Assembly: GCA_037447435.1 (NCBI GenBank)
Contig: JBBIGR010000021.1
Span: 1 to 64,000 of the forward strand
DNA length: 64,000 nt
Direction: 5' to 3'
Origin: Fibrobacteria bacterium
GTDB lineage: Bacteria; Fibrobacterota; Chitinivibrionia; Chitinivibrionales; FEN-1185
Position numbers and translations under genes: made by a program
In this document: one piece after another, positions 1-9,984 of the stretch
How positions within the stretch are numbered: position 1 is the stretch's first letter
Layout of the letters: each line of letters starts with the position of its first letter
Notes under the pieces: model-generated
Told to the model about the DNA's origin: nothing
The model's database searches: none
What the model saw: the letters and a program-made list of their open reading frames with translations, nothing else

Positions 1-859
1 TATGACTGACCACTCCGGCACCAACAATCCCGTCGGCGGTTTGAGAATACCCCTGAAATCCCATACCGAACACATTGTTCACCATATGGAATCCGCTAAC
101 TATATTGTAATTAAACGAACAATTATTCGCACCGCAGAGGCGCATTCCGCAACTCGAAAAATTCTCGAAAATATTTTTTTCAATACTGCATGAATCGGCA
201 ACCACGCGAATGCCTATATCGACGTTGGAAACACAGTTATTATTAAATGTAAAGTTTTTGCCGTGCAATCTGGCTCCGGTGCACGCGTAGTTTCCCCATT
301 GGTCCATAGTCCATTGAGAAGCGTCTTTAACGGTATACAACGAACAATTTTCAACGGTAATGTCACGACTCGGCCCTGCCCAACCATCGGAGTTGATAAA
401 CAGCAAGTCCCGGTTGTGACCGATGGTATCGAAAGCCGGACTCACCGAAATACCGCGAACGGCCCATTTGCTTGCGCCGGAAAACGAGATATGATTGACA
501 CGAGGCAACTGGCCCGGTGCGGCGGAAATGGTTATATACTCGGAATTCAAAGAAGCCTGTATGGAAATGTCGCCGTGATACCCGGTATTTAAAAGCAGCG
601 TATCACCCGCATTAACGGGTGCCCCCGGATTCACGGTCTTGAGCGTATCGCCGACAGTGTAAGGATTACTCGCAAACGCACGCGTCTGGATTTTGTTGTT
701 GTCGATCACTTCCTGCAGGGTTTTCCAGGGGTGAGCTTGATTACCTTCGTTTTGCATACTTCCCGAAACAGGATCAATGTAAAAGGTTTTTGCCACGGCG
801 CTAGATACTGCCGAGGTAGTTATCAATACGCAAGAAGCCATGATTTGAGAAAAAGTCAT
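1..859 (-). CDS. Secreted right-handed parallel beta-helix (pectin lyase-like) protein, 3' end outside the window
   Basis: Not in the ORF track. Hand translation from ATG at 859 (GAAAGG upstream) stays open to base 1: MTFSQIMASCVLITTSAVSSAVAKTFYIDPVSGSMQNEGNQAHPWKTLQEV...GDTLLLNTGYHG...ITVENC...FNNNCVSNVDIGIRVVADSCSIEKNIFENF. Signal-peptide-like start, FYIDP..G...PWKT cap and Asn-ladder repeats. Confidence 0.75.
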   Translation of the reverse strand, partial: MTFSQIMASCVLITTSAVSSAVAKTFYIDPVSGSMQNEGNQAHPWKTLQEVIDNNKIQTRAFASNPYTVGDTLKTVNPGAPVNAGDTLLLNTGYHGDISIQASLNSEYITISAAPGQLPRVNHISFSGASKWAVRGISVSPAFDTIGHNRDLLFINSDGWAGPSRDITVENCSLYTVKDASQWTMDQWGNYACTGARLHGKNFTFNNNCVSNVDIGIRVVADSCSIEKNIFENFSSCGMRLCGANNCSFNYNIVSGFHMVNNVFGMGFQGYSQTADGIVGAGVVSH

Positions 860-933
860 AACAGCCTTTCGATAAAACGGTTTAATATTAGAGCCGTTTA
901 TCGATACAGTAATAACGGCATGCGATTAAATAG

Positions 934-949
934 CGCAATCTTCATGCCC
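934..949 (-). promoter_or_regulatory. Putative sigma54 promoter for the beta-helix gene
   Basis: Minus strand GGGCATGAAGATTGCG has GG-N10-GC spacing and lies about 75 bp upstream of ATG 859. Confidence 0.5.
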
Positions 950-1132
950 GATTAAGTTCGCTTCAATAACCGCCGAAGCCTTGTTATAATGAGCTAATCT
1001 GCATTACCTCACGCCAGTTGCCTTCGGTTCGACCATGCAAAATTCCGAAATAATCTCCGAATTTGGGAATTTATTTCGCATAAACACGAAACCGTTATTG
1101 CATCCCTTGTTTAATCACGGGGTAAAAGACCA

Positions 1133-1148
1133 TGGCATAACCTTTGCA
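1133..1148 (+). promoter_or_regulatory. Putative sigma54 promoter for the acyltransferase/ligase operon
   Basis: TGGCATAACCTTTGCA is a near-perfect TGGCAC-N5-TTGCA. Confidence 0.65.
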
Positions 1149-1162
1149 TCTCTTTCTTTTGT

Positions 1163-1840
1163 GTGGTGCTCTTTTTCAAAGGATTTTATAACGTGCTTAG
1201 CAGGCTTCTTTTCAACCTCTATGCAATAGATCGTCAGCATGTGCGTCGATGCATTATTTGGTTCGTTCGAAAAATTGAAAAAGGTGAATGCTACTCGGCA
1301 ACGCTTCGTAAAATCTTCAGCCACTATCACGACGTCACTATCGGCATGTATACTCACGGCGGTTGCTTCAGGGAATGGGCCGTAGATCCTCAAACAACCA
1401 TCGGAAGATATTGCTCAATAGCCAACGGGGTCAGGATTCTGACCGAAAACCATCCTATGGACTTTCAATCGATGCATGGGTTTTTCTTTAATCCGCGTTT
1501 CAAATACGCTAAAACAAACCTTGTACGGCGCAAACCATTGACAATTGGTAACGACGTTTGGATGGGTTACAATTCGATAATCCTGCCTAATGTTTCGAAT
1601 ATCGGCAATGGGGCGGTAATCGCGGCAGGCGCAGTTGTCAACAAAGACGTACCGCCGTATGCGGTTGTCGCGGGAAACCCGGCCAGAACCGTCCGATTTC
1701 GTTTTTCACCTTCAACAATAGAGAACCTTCAAAACAGCCGTTGGTGGGAAAAAGAAATCGACGACATTATTCCCCACATTCAAGATTTCCAACATCCCTT
1801 GGAAACCGCTCAAACGGTCCAAACTTTCACAGGAGAATAA
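1163..1840 (+). CDS. CatB/Vat-like hexapeptide-repeat O-acetyltransferase
   Basis: TTIGRYCSIA, NHP, IGNDVWMG, IGNGAVIAAGAVVNKDVPPYAVVAGNPAR, WW motifs. Start codon uncertain. Confidence 0.85.
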   Translation: MVLFFKGFYNVLSRLLFNLYAIDRQHVRRCIIWFVRKIEKGECYSATLRKIFSHYHDVTIGMYTHGGCFREWAVDPQTTIGRYCSIANGVRILTENHPMDFQSMHGFFFNPRFKYAKTNLVRRKPLTIGNDVWMGYNSIILPNVSNIGNGAVIAAGAVVNKDVPPYAVVAGNPARTVRFRFSPSTIENLQNSRWWEKEIDDIIPHIQDFQHPLETAQTVQTFTGE

Positions 1841-1842
1841 TC

Positions 1843-3489
1843 ATGATCGCATCCGACACTACTTATAGAGCTATCGCATCCGTTTTTGACGTGCCCGTTC
1901 TTTTGCATGAGCTCCTTGAACAGAGCGCGCGAACGCATCCTACTAAAACAGCGGTTATTTGTGGCGAAGAACGAGCGTCGTACGCTTTACTCAATACTTT
2001 GGCAAATAAATTTTGTAATGAGCTCCGGACGAGAGGTATACAACCGGGCAACATCATCGCACTCATTCATGAAAACAGCCTTGAGTTCATTGCCGCGTAC
2101 TTCGGCATACTCAAGGCCGGCGCCATTGTCGCGCCGCTCAATACCGACAGTAAGCCAGAAAGTTTACAAGCAATATTAACAGAGCTGCAGCCTCGCGCTC
2201 TGATAGCATCGGCTAAACAACTCGCAAAAACGGAATCATTCAAAGAAACCGTCTTTTCCCCTATGCTTGTCATCATCGGCGACTTTGGGGATTTCCCGAA
2301 CAATAAAAATATTCCTCACACGACAATACGGCGCATCGTTACGGATTGGACACCGGTCAACGACCCTAAAATCGACATTTCACCGGAGGCTATCGCAAGC
2401 ATCATTTACACTTCGGGTTCGTCCGGGCGCCCGAAGGGAGTCATATTGACACACAATAATATTATCGCGAATACCCGTTCGATTTGCGATTGCTTAAAAT
2501 TATCCCAAAACGACGTTCAAATGGTTGTGCTGCCTTTTTATTACGTATTCGGCCTTTCTTTGCTGCATACCCATATTGCGATTGGCGGAACGCTTGTGCT
2601 CAACAATCAATTCACCTTCACCGGCACCGTGATGCAGCAAATGATAAACGAACATGTCACGGGGTTTTCGGGTGTCCCCTCAACGTACGCGTATCTTTTG
2701 CATCGTTCGCCGTTGCGTGAAATGCGCGAACATCTGCCCGATTTACGGTATTGCTCGCAGGCGGGCGGTCATATGGCAAACAGTTTAAAACTCGATTTAC
2801 GAAGTGCATTACCCGATCATACGGATATCGTCATTATGTATGGAGCTACAGAGGCTTCGGCCCGTTTGACGTGGTTGAATCCGCAAAACTTTCTCAAGAA
2901 AATCGATTCCATCGGCAAGGAAATTCCCGATGTAGTTATCAAGATACTTGACGATAAGGGAATTGAAGTCGGCCCGGGCGAAATCGGAGAACTGGTTGCC
3001 GATGGCCCGAATATCATGCAGGGTTATTTTAAGGATCCAAACGGGACCTCACACGTGCTTACGGATAATGGTTATCGTACCGGCGACCTCGGCTATCGCG
3101 ACACAGACGGTTTTTTATTTGTTACCGGTCGTCGGGATAATCAATTGAAAATCGGCGGGAACAGAGTAGACCCTCAGGAAATCGAGGATATCATTATGGA
3201 ATCCGGTCTCATGGTGGAAGTCGCGGTCATAGGCGTACCCGATGAAATTCTCGGGGTCGTGCCCATCGCATTAATTGTATCGAAAACCCGAGAAACAGCC
3301 GGTGAAGATCTTTTCGTTTTCTGTTCCGCAAGGCTGCCGCATTACAAAGTCCCTCGATATTTTTTACCCGTCGCAGCGCTTCCTAAAAACGGAAACGGCA
3401 AAATAGATAAAAGCGAATGCATGGAAATGGTGATGCAATTGCAAAAGGCGCATGATGCTGCTTCGCAAACTCGGTACTCACATGTTTGA
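1843..3489 (+). CDS. AMP-forming acyl-CoA/acyl-ACP ligase (ANL superfamily)
   Basis: YTSGSSGRPKG, YGATE, YRTGD, PKNGNGK motifs. AGGAG RBS before ATG 1843. Confidence 0.9.
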   Translation: MIASDTTYRAIASVFDVPVLLHELLEQSARTHPTKTAVICGEERASYALLNTLANKFCNELRTRGIQPGNIIALIHENSLEFIAAYFGILKAGAIVAPLNTDSKPESLQAILTELQPRALIASAKQLAKTESFKETVFSPMLVIIGDFGDFPNNKNIPHTTIRRIVTDWTPVNDPKIDISPEAIASIIYTSGSSGRPKGVILTHNNIIANTRSICDCLKLSQNDVQMVVLPFYYVFGLSLLHTHIAIGGTLVLNNQFTFTGTVMQQMINEHVTGFSGVPSTYAYLLHRSPLREMREHLPDLRYCSQAGGHMANSLKLDLRSALPDHTDIVIMYGATEASARLTWLNPQNFLKKIDSIGKEIPDVVIKILDDKGIEVGPGEIGELVADGPNIMQGYFKDPNGTSHVLTDNGYRTGDLGYRDTDGFLFVTGRRDNQLKIGGNRVDPQEIEDIIMESGLMVEVAVIGVPDEILGVVPIALIVSKTRETAGEDLFVFCSARLPHYKVPRYFLPVAALPKNGNGKIDKSECMEMVMQLQKAHDAASQTRYSHV

Positions 3490-3724
3490 TCAAATATGGC
3501 ATTTTATCGTATCGAATTTTTTATTCGGCGATGCCGGCGAGCTCAAAGCATGTACACCGTTACTCGAAAGCGGAATCATCGATTCCACCGGTTTTCTCGA
3601 AATCATCGAATTTTTGGAATCCACATTCGCAATAACGATACAAGATCATGAACTTTTACCTCAAAATCTGAACACCATCGAAAATATTGTGCGGTTCATA
3701 GAGCATAAAAAAGGAAGAGAATAA
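3482..3724 (+). CDS. Acyl carrier protein
   Basis: 80 aa, acidic, GIIDSTG phosphopantetheine Ser motif. Overlaps the ligase stop. Confidence 0.85.
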   Translation: MFDQIWHFIVSNFLFGDAGELKACTPLLESGIIDSTGFLEIIEFLESTFAITIQDHELLPQNLNTIENIVRFIEHKKGRE

Positions 3725-5703
3725 TGTGCGGTTTAGCCGGATTTGTATCGTTAAGCAATAATACTCGCGCGGCCGGTTTATCGACGCTGATGACGATGGT
3801 ACGGAGTATGCAGCACCGCGGCCCCGACGAATCGGGGGTGTACATCGACGATCGAGCCGGATTGGGGCATTGTCGACTCAGTATTGTAGGGTTATTAGGC
3901 GGCGGTCAACCGATTCACGATGAAACCAAAACTTTATGGATTGTTTTTAACGGGGAAATATACAATCACTTCGAAATTCGCAGCCAACTCATTTTGCGCG
4001 GCCATCGGTTTTATACCAATACCGACTCGGAAGTGATTATCCACCTGTTCCAGGAAAAAGGCGAAAAATGCGTTGAAGATTTCAACGGGCAATTCTCTTT
4101 TGCCATTTGGGACTCCATTAAAGAAAAGCTTTTTCTGGCACGCGACCGCCTCGGGGTAAGACCTATGCACTATTCCGTTTACAACGACACCTTTTTTTTT
4201 GCTTCGGAAATAAAAGCGATTTTTACCGTACCCGGTTTTCCCCGTGAAATGGAAGAAACGTCTCTTGATCAGGTTTTTACTTTTTGGACAACATTGCCGG
4301 GCGGCACAGTGTTTAAAAACGTTTTCGAACTTTTACCGGGACATACGCTTTATGTAAACCACGGTTTGAAAAAACAAACAAAATACTGGGATATTCCGTT
4401 ATATCCCCGCGAAGCGCGATACGATTTTCCATTGCCCCGCATGATAGACGACATCAGAGAATTACTGATCGACTCCATAAAAATCCGGCTTCGCGCCGAT
4501 GTCGACGTCGGCGCATATTTAAGCGGCGGATTGGATTCGTCGGGAATAGCCGCCATGGTCGTACGCCATTTCAACACCAATGTCAAAACCTACGGTATTA
4601 CTTTTTCAGACAGTCGTTTTGACGAACGCATGTATCAACGCCTTATGGCAACATCCCTTTCTATCAACCATTCCGAAACAGAAGCGACAAACAATAAAAT
4701 CAGGGTAAATTTCGGTCGTGTCGTGTGGCATGTCGAAAAGCCGCTTCTGCGCACCGCACCAATTCCTTTATATCTTTTATCACAACAAGTGCATGCCGAT
4801 AACATCAAGGTTGTATTGACCGGTGAAGGGGCCGACGAATTTTTTGGCGGCTACGACATTTTTCGCGAAACGCTCGCTCGACATTTTTTGGCAAAAAAGC
4901 CATGCTCGGGGCTCAGATATAGGGCCATTGAAGAGTTATACCCCGAAATATTCGATTCCCAGCGCGCACGCCATTCGATGCATGCTTTTTTTTCGCAAGG
5001 ACTAACGGATATCGGCCATCCTTTTTTCTCGCATTTACCGCGGTGGAAAGCCGTGTGCAGGACAAAGGCTTTTTTTAGTTCCGACCTGAAAAACGCAGTG
5101 CAGGGATACGACGGGTTCGACGATTGCAAATCGCGGTTACCCCCCGATTTCGGCAACCTTGACATTGTAGGAAAAGCGCAATATTTGGAAATAATGATTT
5201 TTTTGAGCAATTACCTGCTTTCATCACAGGGCGACCGTGTGGCAATGGGAAATTCGGTCGAGATCCGTTTTCCCTATCTCGACCATCGGCTCCTCGAATA
5301 TGTGGGCCATGTACCGACGCATTGGAAAATCCTTGGGCTCGACGAGAAACATATTTTAAAAAGCGTCTTGTCGCGATTGCTTCCGCCGCAAATCGTACAA
5401 CGCCGTAAACAGGCGTATCGAGCGCCGGTACAAAACTGCCTTATTGACAAATTCGACACTGCGTTTACAGAATCCTATCTGACGGAAAAGAAACTAAAAG
5501 AAACCGGGCTGTTCGATCCGGCCAAAGTGGCTTTTCTGCTCGATAAAATCAGGTCTGGAAATGCGGGCAGCGAAACCGACGGAATGGCGCTCTCGGGAAT
5601 CGCTTCGTCCCAAATGGTACACGAATTATTTATCGCCGATTTCAGACCCGATTTGCCCGATTGCGAATTCGCCATTCTCGAAGATCACAGGTCCAAAGGA
5701 TAA
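3724..5703 (+). CDS. asnB: Asparagine synthase-like glutamine amidotransferase (AsnB family)
   Basis: N-terminal MCG, HRGPD, FNGEIYN, LSGGLDSS, TGEGADE, RFPYLD. Probably a glycan-tailoring paralogue given its context. Confidence 0.9.
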   Translation: MCGLAGFVSLSNNTRAAGLSTLMTMVRSMQHRGPDESGVYIDDRAGLGHCRLSIVGLLGGGQPIHDETKTLWIVFNGEIYNHFEIRSQLILRGHRFYTNTDSEVIIHLFQEKGEKCVEDFNGQFSFAIWDSIKEKLFLARDRLGVRPMHYSVYNDTFFFASEIKAIFTVPGFPREMEETSLDQVFTFWTTLPGGTVFKNVFELLPGHTLYVNHGLKKQTKYWDIPLYPREARYDFPLPRMIDDIRELLIDSIKIRLRADVDVGAYLSGGLDSSGIAAMVVRHFNTNVKTYGITFSDSRFDERMYQRLMATSLSINHSETEATNNKIRVNFGRVVWHVEKPLLRTAPIPLYLLSQQVHADNIKVVLTGEGADEFFGGYDIFRETLARHFLAKKPCSGLRYRAIEELYPEIFDSQRARHSMHAFFSQGLTDIGHPFFSHLPRWKAVCRTKAFFSSDLKNAVQGYDGFDDCKSRLPPDFGNLDIVGKAQYLEIMIFLSNYLLSSQGDRVAMGNSVEIRFPYLDHRLLEYVGHVPTHWKILGLDEKHILKSVLSRLLPPQIVQRRKQAYRAPVQNCLIDKFDTAFTESYLTEKKLKETGLFDPAKVAFLLDKIRSGNAGSETDGMALSGIASSQMVHELFIADFRPDLPDCEFAILEDHRSKG

Positions 5704-5711
5704 TTACCATT

Positions 5712-6692
5712 ATGAAACACACGCCCTTTTCCGCCAAGCTCCTCTCTATCGATTGTCAAAAGGAAACCGCCAGAATACTGCATACCCTAGTCGAATCGCT
5801 TCGGGCTTTTAAGCGTAAGGGCTTTGTCGTGGGGGTTTCCGGAGGAATCGACAGCAGCGTGACCCTTGCATTATGCACCATAGCCCTCGGTACCGACCGG
5901 GTCTTGGCCTTGCAGATGCCCGAACGTCACTCGGCCAAAGATTCTTTACATCTCAGCGATTTGGCAATCAGCCATTGTCAAGTAAAAAACATCCGGCACG
6001 ATATTTCTTCGACACTGGAGTCTTTGGGGTTTTACACGCATTACGACACTATCGTGCAGTCTATTATCCCGACTTACGGCAAAGGTTGGAAATCAAAAAT
6101 CGTTTTTCGGGGCGCAGTTCATGCAGGACATATGCCCCATTTTTCAATAGTGGCACAATCGCCTTTGGGCGATATTGTGAAGCATCGGCTCAATTATAAG
6201 CCGTATCTTGAAATTATTGCGGCCACAAATTTCAAGCAGCGTATACGCACCATGCTTGAATATTATCACGCCGACCGGAATAATTTTATTGTTGCAGGAA
6301 CGCCGAACCTTTTGGAACACGACCTTGGTTTTTTTGTCAAGCAAGGCGACGGAGCGGCCGATGTCAAACCCATTGCCCATTTGTACAAATCCCAAGTATA
6401 TCAGCTTGCAAAATACCTCGAGTTGCCCAATGAAATACGCGAGCAGGCTCCGACTACCGACACGTATTCTCTTGCGCAAGGACAGGATGAGTTTTTCTTC
6501 ACGCTGCCGTACGATAAAATGGATCTTTGCCTTTTAGGAAAAACGAAGGGCTATTCTCCCGGCGAAGTCGCGCCGGTTGCGGGTCTGACAACCGACATGG
6601 TAAACAACGTTTACAAAGACATATTATCAAAGAAACTGGCGGCCCGTTACCTGCATGCCCCGGCGATCACGGTCGGGAGATCTTCAGTTTAG
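5712..6692 (+). CDS. nadE: NH3-dependent NAD(+) synthetase-like protein
   Basis: GVSGGIDS PP-loop, NFKQRIR, GFFVKQGDG, PIAHLYKSQV. Confidence 0.8.
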   Translation: MKHTPFSAKLLSIDCQKETARILHTLVESLRAFKRKGFVVGVSGGIDSSVTLALCTIALGTDRVLALQMPERHSAKDSLHLSDLAISHCQVKNIRHDISSTLESLGFYTHYDTIVQSIIPTYGKGWKSKIVFRGAVHAGHMPHFSIVAQSPLGDIVKHRLNYKPYLEIIAATNFKQRIRTMLEYYHADRNNFIVAGTPNLLEHDLGFFVKQGDGAADVKPIAHLYKSQVYQLAKYLELPNEIREQAPTTDTYSLAQGQDEFFFTLPYDKMDLCLLGKTKGYSPGEVAPVAGLTTDMVNNVYKDILSKKLAARYLHAPAITVGRSSV

Positions 6693-7630
6693 CCCTTTTT
6701 ATCAAGCCATTCCAAGATCGAGCGAATACTTCCCGTCGCAAGCGCGATGCTTGAATCGGCGGCTCCGTAATACAATCGAATTGTATCGTTGTCCGGAGCA
6801 ATCGTATAACCGCACGGAAATACGACATTATCGACATCGCCTTGACGTTCATAGGGTTCTTCGGGCCCAAATACCCATTCATTCCCCCGTTTCAAGACCT
6901 TTTCGGGCGTATGCAGGTCGAACAATGCCAATCCTAACCGGTAAATGCAACCTGCACCGGTCACCTTGACGCCGTGATAAATAACCAGCCATCCTAGTGC
7001 CGTTTCTATGGGCGGCGGCGACAGCCCTATTTTATTTGCATCCCACCAGGATCCCCGCCTCGACTCGAGCATGAGCTTATGGCTGCCCCAATGCCGTAAA
7101 TCGGAAGAATACGATATCCACATATGCGCTTTCGAGCCGCTTACCGTTCTATGGATAAGCGCCCAATATTCCCCGATCCTGTAAGGCAGCAACGCCGCAT
7201 CCTTGTCTTCGGGAGGCATGATTTCGCCGTATCGTTCGAACGTGTGAAAATCTTCGGTAAGCGCCAATGCCACACAAGGGCCTTCATGGCTGAAAGCTGT
7301 GTAGACAACTGCATATTTTTTTAATTCGGCAACATACGTGATTCGAGGATCTTCTATTCCCCAAAGTTCTTCGGGAAAGTGTTCGGTATCGGGATACATT
7401 GTCGGCGCCGGATCGATTTTCCAGTCATCGATGCCGTTCTGAGAGCGGACGGCACACAAATGAGAATGCCCCCGTCGGTCTTCGACGCGGCACAATAATA
7501 GAGTAGTCCCGTCGACCAAAAGCGTCGCTGCCGGATTAAAAACGCTGTTGACCGGATACGGCCAATCGGCAGCAGTCAATATAGGATTTGCCTTATGCCT
7601 GCGAAATAGTTCTGCATGTTGATTTTTCAT
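6689..7630 (-). CDS. GH130-family glycosidase/mannoside phosphorylase-like protein
   Basis: NPIL, VFNPAA, GIEDPRIT, DKDAAL, YHGV, NVVFPCG, YYGAAD. Confidence 0.85.
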   Translation of the reverse strand: MKNQHAELFRRHKANPILTAADWPYPVNSVFNPAATLLVDGTTLLLCRVEDRRGHSHLCAVRSQNGIDDWKIDPAPTMYPDTEHFPEELWGIEDPRITYVAELKKYAVVYTAFSHEGPCVALALTEDFHTFERYGEIMPPEDKDAALLPYRIGEYWALIHRTVSGSKAHMWISYSSDLRHWGSHKLMLESRRGSWWDANKIGLSPPPIETALGWLVIYHGVKVTGAGCIYRLGLALFDLHTPEKVLKRGNEWVFGPEEPYERQGDVDNVVFPCGYTIAPDNDTIRLYYGAADSSIALATGSIRSILEWLDKKG

Positions 7631-9942
7631 ATTAATGGTTCTTCCGTTAATTGAAGTGTATTTTCGGCAAGCCGCAGTTCCAGAAGTGCCTGGAGAAAGG
7701 CAAGCGTGGATTCCGCACCCTGGTTCTCATTGGGACGGTCGGAATGGAGACCGTCGCGACATCCGCCCGTAGTCGGGTCATAAATTGATATGTTCAAATC
7801 GTTCCGGCCAAGAAACCATTCAAAAGCCCGTCGCGCTTCTACAAGCCAATGATTGTCTTGTGAGCTGTTATATGCTTCCAGACAGGCCGAAACCATTGCT
7901 TGAGCTTCGATAGGTTGTTGATCGAAACGTGCCCGCTCGCCACCTTTCGTATAAAAGCCGTTGGACCCGATCGGAATAAAATGGCCGCCGTCGCGTTCCG
8001 AATGTTGCAAATTCGTCAACCATCGAAGCGATTCGAATCCCGCTTCTACCATAGCGTCGTTCGGTATCCACCGGCCCGACATGATCATGGCCTGCGGCAG
8101 CGCGGCATTGCAATAGGTCAATTTGTCTTCAAACCATTGCCATTCGTCGGTACGGTTGCTTTTATACATTGTCAAAAGCCTGTTGGCAAGTTCCTCGCGT
8201 ACCTGATTCGCTTTGCGATCGCCAGCAAATCGACGAAGGTATTCGTGGGTTCCGATTAAAGCAAAAGCCCATGCCCGCGGACTGGTTGTTTTTAAAATTG
8301 CAGGCATGGCTTGCTCGAACATCCAGCCGGCCATATTGTGTAAAGAAGGTGATTTTGTGCGGCCGAGCACTGTGCCCAACGACCACAACGTTCTTCCGTG
8401 ACTGTCATCGGATCCCGTGGCTTCAAGCCAGTTTCGTTGGTAATCCATGAAATTGCGGAACCGGCCGGTCTCGATGTTAAATGCATACCAGACAAAAGCA
8501 AGATACCGTGAAGCAAGATCAAACGCCACGCCGTTGCCGGCCTCTTCTAAAAGAGCGCTCACCATGAGCGCGCGGGCATTGTCGTCTACCGTATATCCCT
8601 CTCGGTAATTGGGTACGGTAAAAATTGCATGTTGCAACATGCCTGTTTCGTCGGTCATATTGCGAAGGTGGTCCAGTTTTAACGGAGGAAGTTCGCCTGA
8701 TCGTTTATCAAGCGCCTTGTCGGTAAAGCCGGGGCCTGAATAATTCCTCCGTTCGGTTCTTGCACGTTCGAAACTTTCCTTATAGCGTTGCGCCACCTGC
8801 GGCCAAATCATTGACCTTCCGAACAGGTATGCCCGCTTGCGCATGGCATCGCGTTTTGTGTCGTTGCCAAGTAACTCGTTGATTTGTGCGGCCAATGCGT
8901 CAGAATCGCGGAACGGCACCAAAACACCGCGTTCGTCGGCGAGCATTTCTTTTGCATACCAATAGGGTGTCGAAATGACGGCTTTTCCTGCCCCAAGGGT
9001 ATACGCCAAAGTACCCGATGTAATTTGTGCCGCATTAAGGTATGGCGTCACATAAATGTCTGCCGCGCTGATAAACTCGACGAGTTCTTCCAAGGTAACA
9101 AAACGATTGTAAAAGATAACCTGGCCGTCGACACCCTTTTCCTGGGCCAGCCGTTGCAGCGACAAACGGTACGATTCGCCCTCGTTTCGCAACACATGCG
9201 GATGAGTCGCACCAAGGATGATATAAACGACGTTCGAATGTCTTGACAATATTGCAGGAAGGGCATTAATGACATGTTCTATCCCCTTGTCCGACGATAA
9301 TAAGCCGAAGCTGAGTATGACTGTTTTGCCTTCAACCCCGAAGAGATCCTTGTGGAAACTTGAATCGACAAACGGAACATTGGGAATGCCGTGAGGAATA
9401 AAATCTATTTTGTCTTTCGACACTCCGTAAACATCCTGAAGAAAGCGTATGCCATGTTCGCTCATTACCACGACACGGTCCGATAGCGCGGCGATTTCCT
9501 TGAGCACTTTAAGCTGTTCCGCGTTCGGGTTTTTTAAAACAGTATGAAACGTGGTCACAATCGGCATTCGCAATTCCTGTAAAAGCGCGAGTATATGACT
9601 TCCAGCCCGGCCACCGAAAATGCCATATTCATGCTGCAGGCACACAAAATCCACATTGTTTATATTCAGAAAATCGGCCGCTCGTCTATACGATCGTATG
9701 TCTTTTTCAACCAGCTCAAATCTCACTCGCGGCGGATACGCATAACCCGATTCGGTATCATTGACCGGCAAGGCGATGCAGGTCATTTCCTGATACGCCG
9801 CAGCAAACGCCTCACACAGGTCTGTTGTAAAGGTTGCTATACCGCATTGACGAGGCAAATAATTTCCCACGAATGCGATTCGTTTGATTGCACTTCCCGG
9901 TGCGCCGTTGGTTCGGATATTTGCAGTAGCGTCATCAGTCAC
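7627..9942 (-). CDS. GT4 glycosyltransferase fused to a C-terminal helical, probably (alpha/alpha)6, glycosidase-like domain
   Basis: PRQCGIATFT, QHEYGIFGG, IPHG, FGLLS..KGIE, TSGTLAY. C-terminal part has YTVDDNARAL, DSHGR, FDQQP, NQGAESTL. Confidence 0.85.
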   Translation of the reverse strand: MTDDATANIRTNGAPGSAIKRIAFVGNYLPRQCGIATFTTDLCEAFAAAYQEMTCIALPVNDTESGYAYPPRVRFELVEKDIRSYRRAADFLNINNVDFVCLQHEYGIFGGRAGSHILALLQELRMPIVTTFHTVLKNPNAEQLKVLKEIAALSDRVVVMSEHGIRFLQDVYGVSKDKIDFIPHGIPNVPFVDSSFHKDLFGVEGKTVILSFGLLSSDKGIEHVINALPAILSRHSNVVYIILGATHPHVLRNEGESYRLSLQRLAQEKGVDGQVIFYNRFVTLEELVEFISAADIYVTPYLNAAQITSGTLAYTLGAGKAVISTPYWYAKEMLADERGVLVPFRDSDALAAQINELLGNDTKRDAMRKRAYLFGRSMIWPQVAQRYKESFERARTERRNYSGPGFTDKALDKRSGELPPLKLDHLRNMTDETGMLQHAIFTVPNYREGYTVDDNARALMVSALLEEAGNGVAFDLASRYLAFVWYAFNIETGRFRNFMDYQRNWLEATGSDDSHGRTLWSLGTVLGRTKSPSLHNMAGWMFEQAMPAILKTTSPRAWAFALIGTHEYLRRFAGDRKANQVREELANRLLTMYKSNRTDEWQWFEDKLTYCNAALPQAMIMSGRWIPNDAMVEAGFESLRWLTNLQHSERDGGHFIPIGSNGFYTKGGERARFDQQPIEAQAMVSACLEAYNSSQDNHWLVEARRAFEWFLGRNDLNISIYDPTTGGCRDGLHSDRPNENQGAESTLAFLQALLELRLAENTLQLTEEPLI

Positions 9943-9984
9943 AAGTCACCTCGGTTTATATTTTTCATTTTTCAGGTTCATTCT

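Noticed and set aside
2..955. Short plus-strand ORFs at the window start
   Set aside because: Antisense to the real minus-strand beta-helix gene.
1163..1840. Antibiotic-resistance call (catB/vat)
   Set aside because: Family motifs match, but the glycan-tailoring operon context favours a sugar O-acetyltransferase and there is no mobile context.
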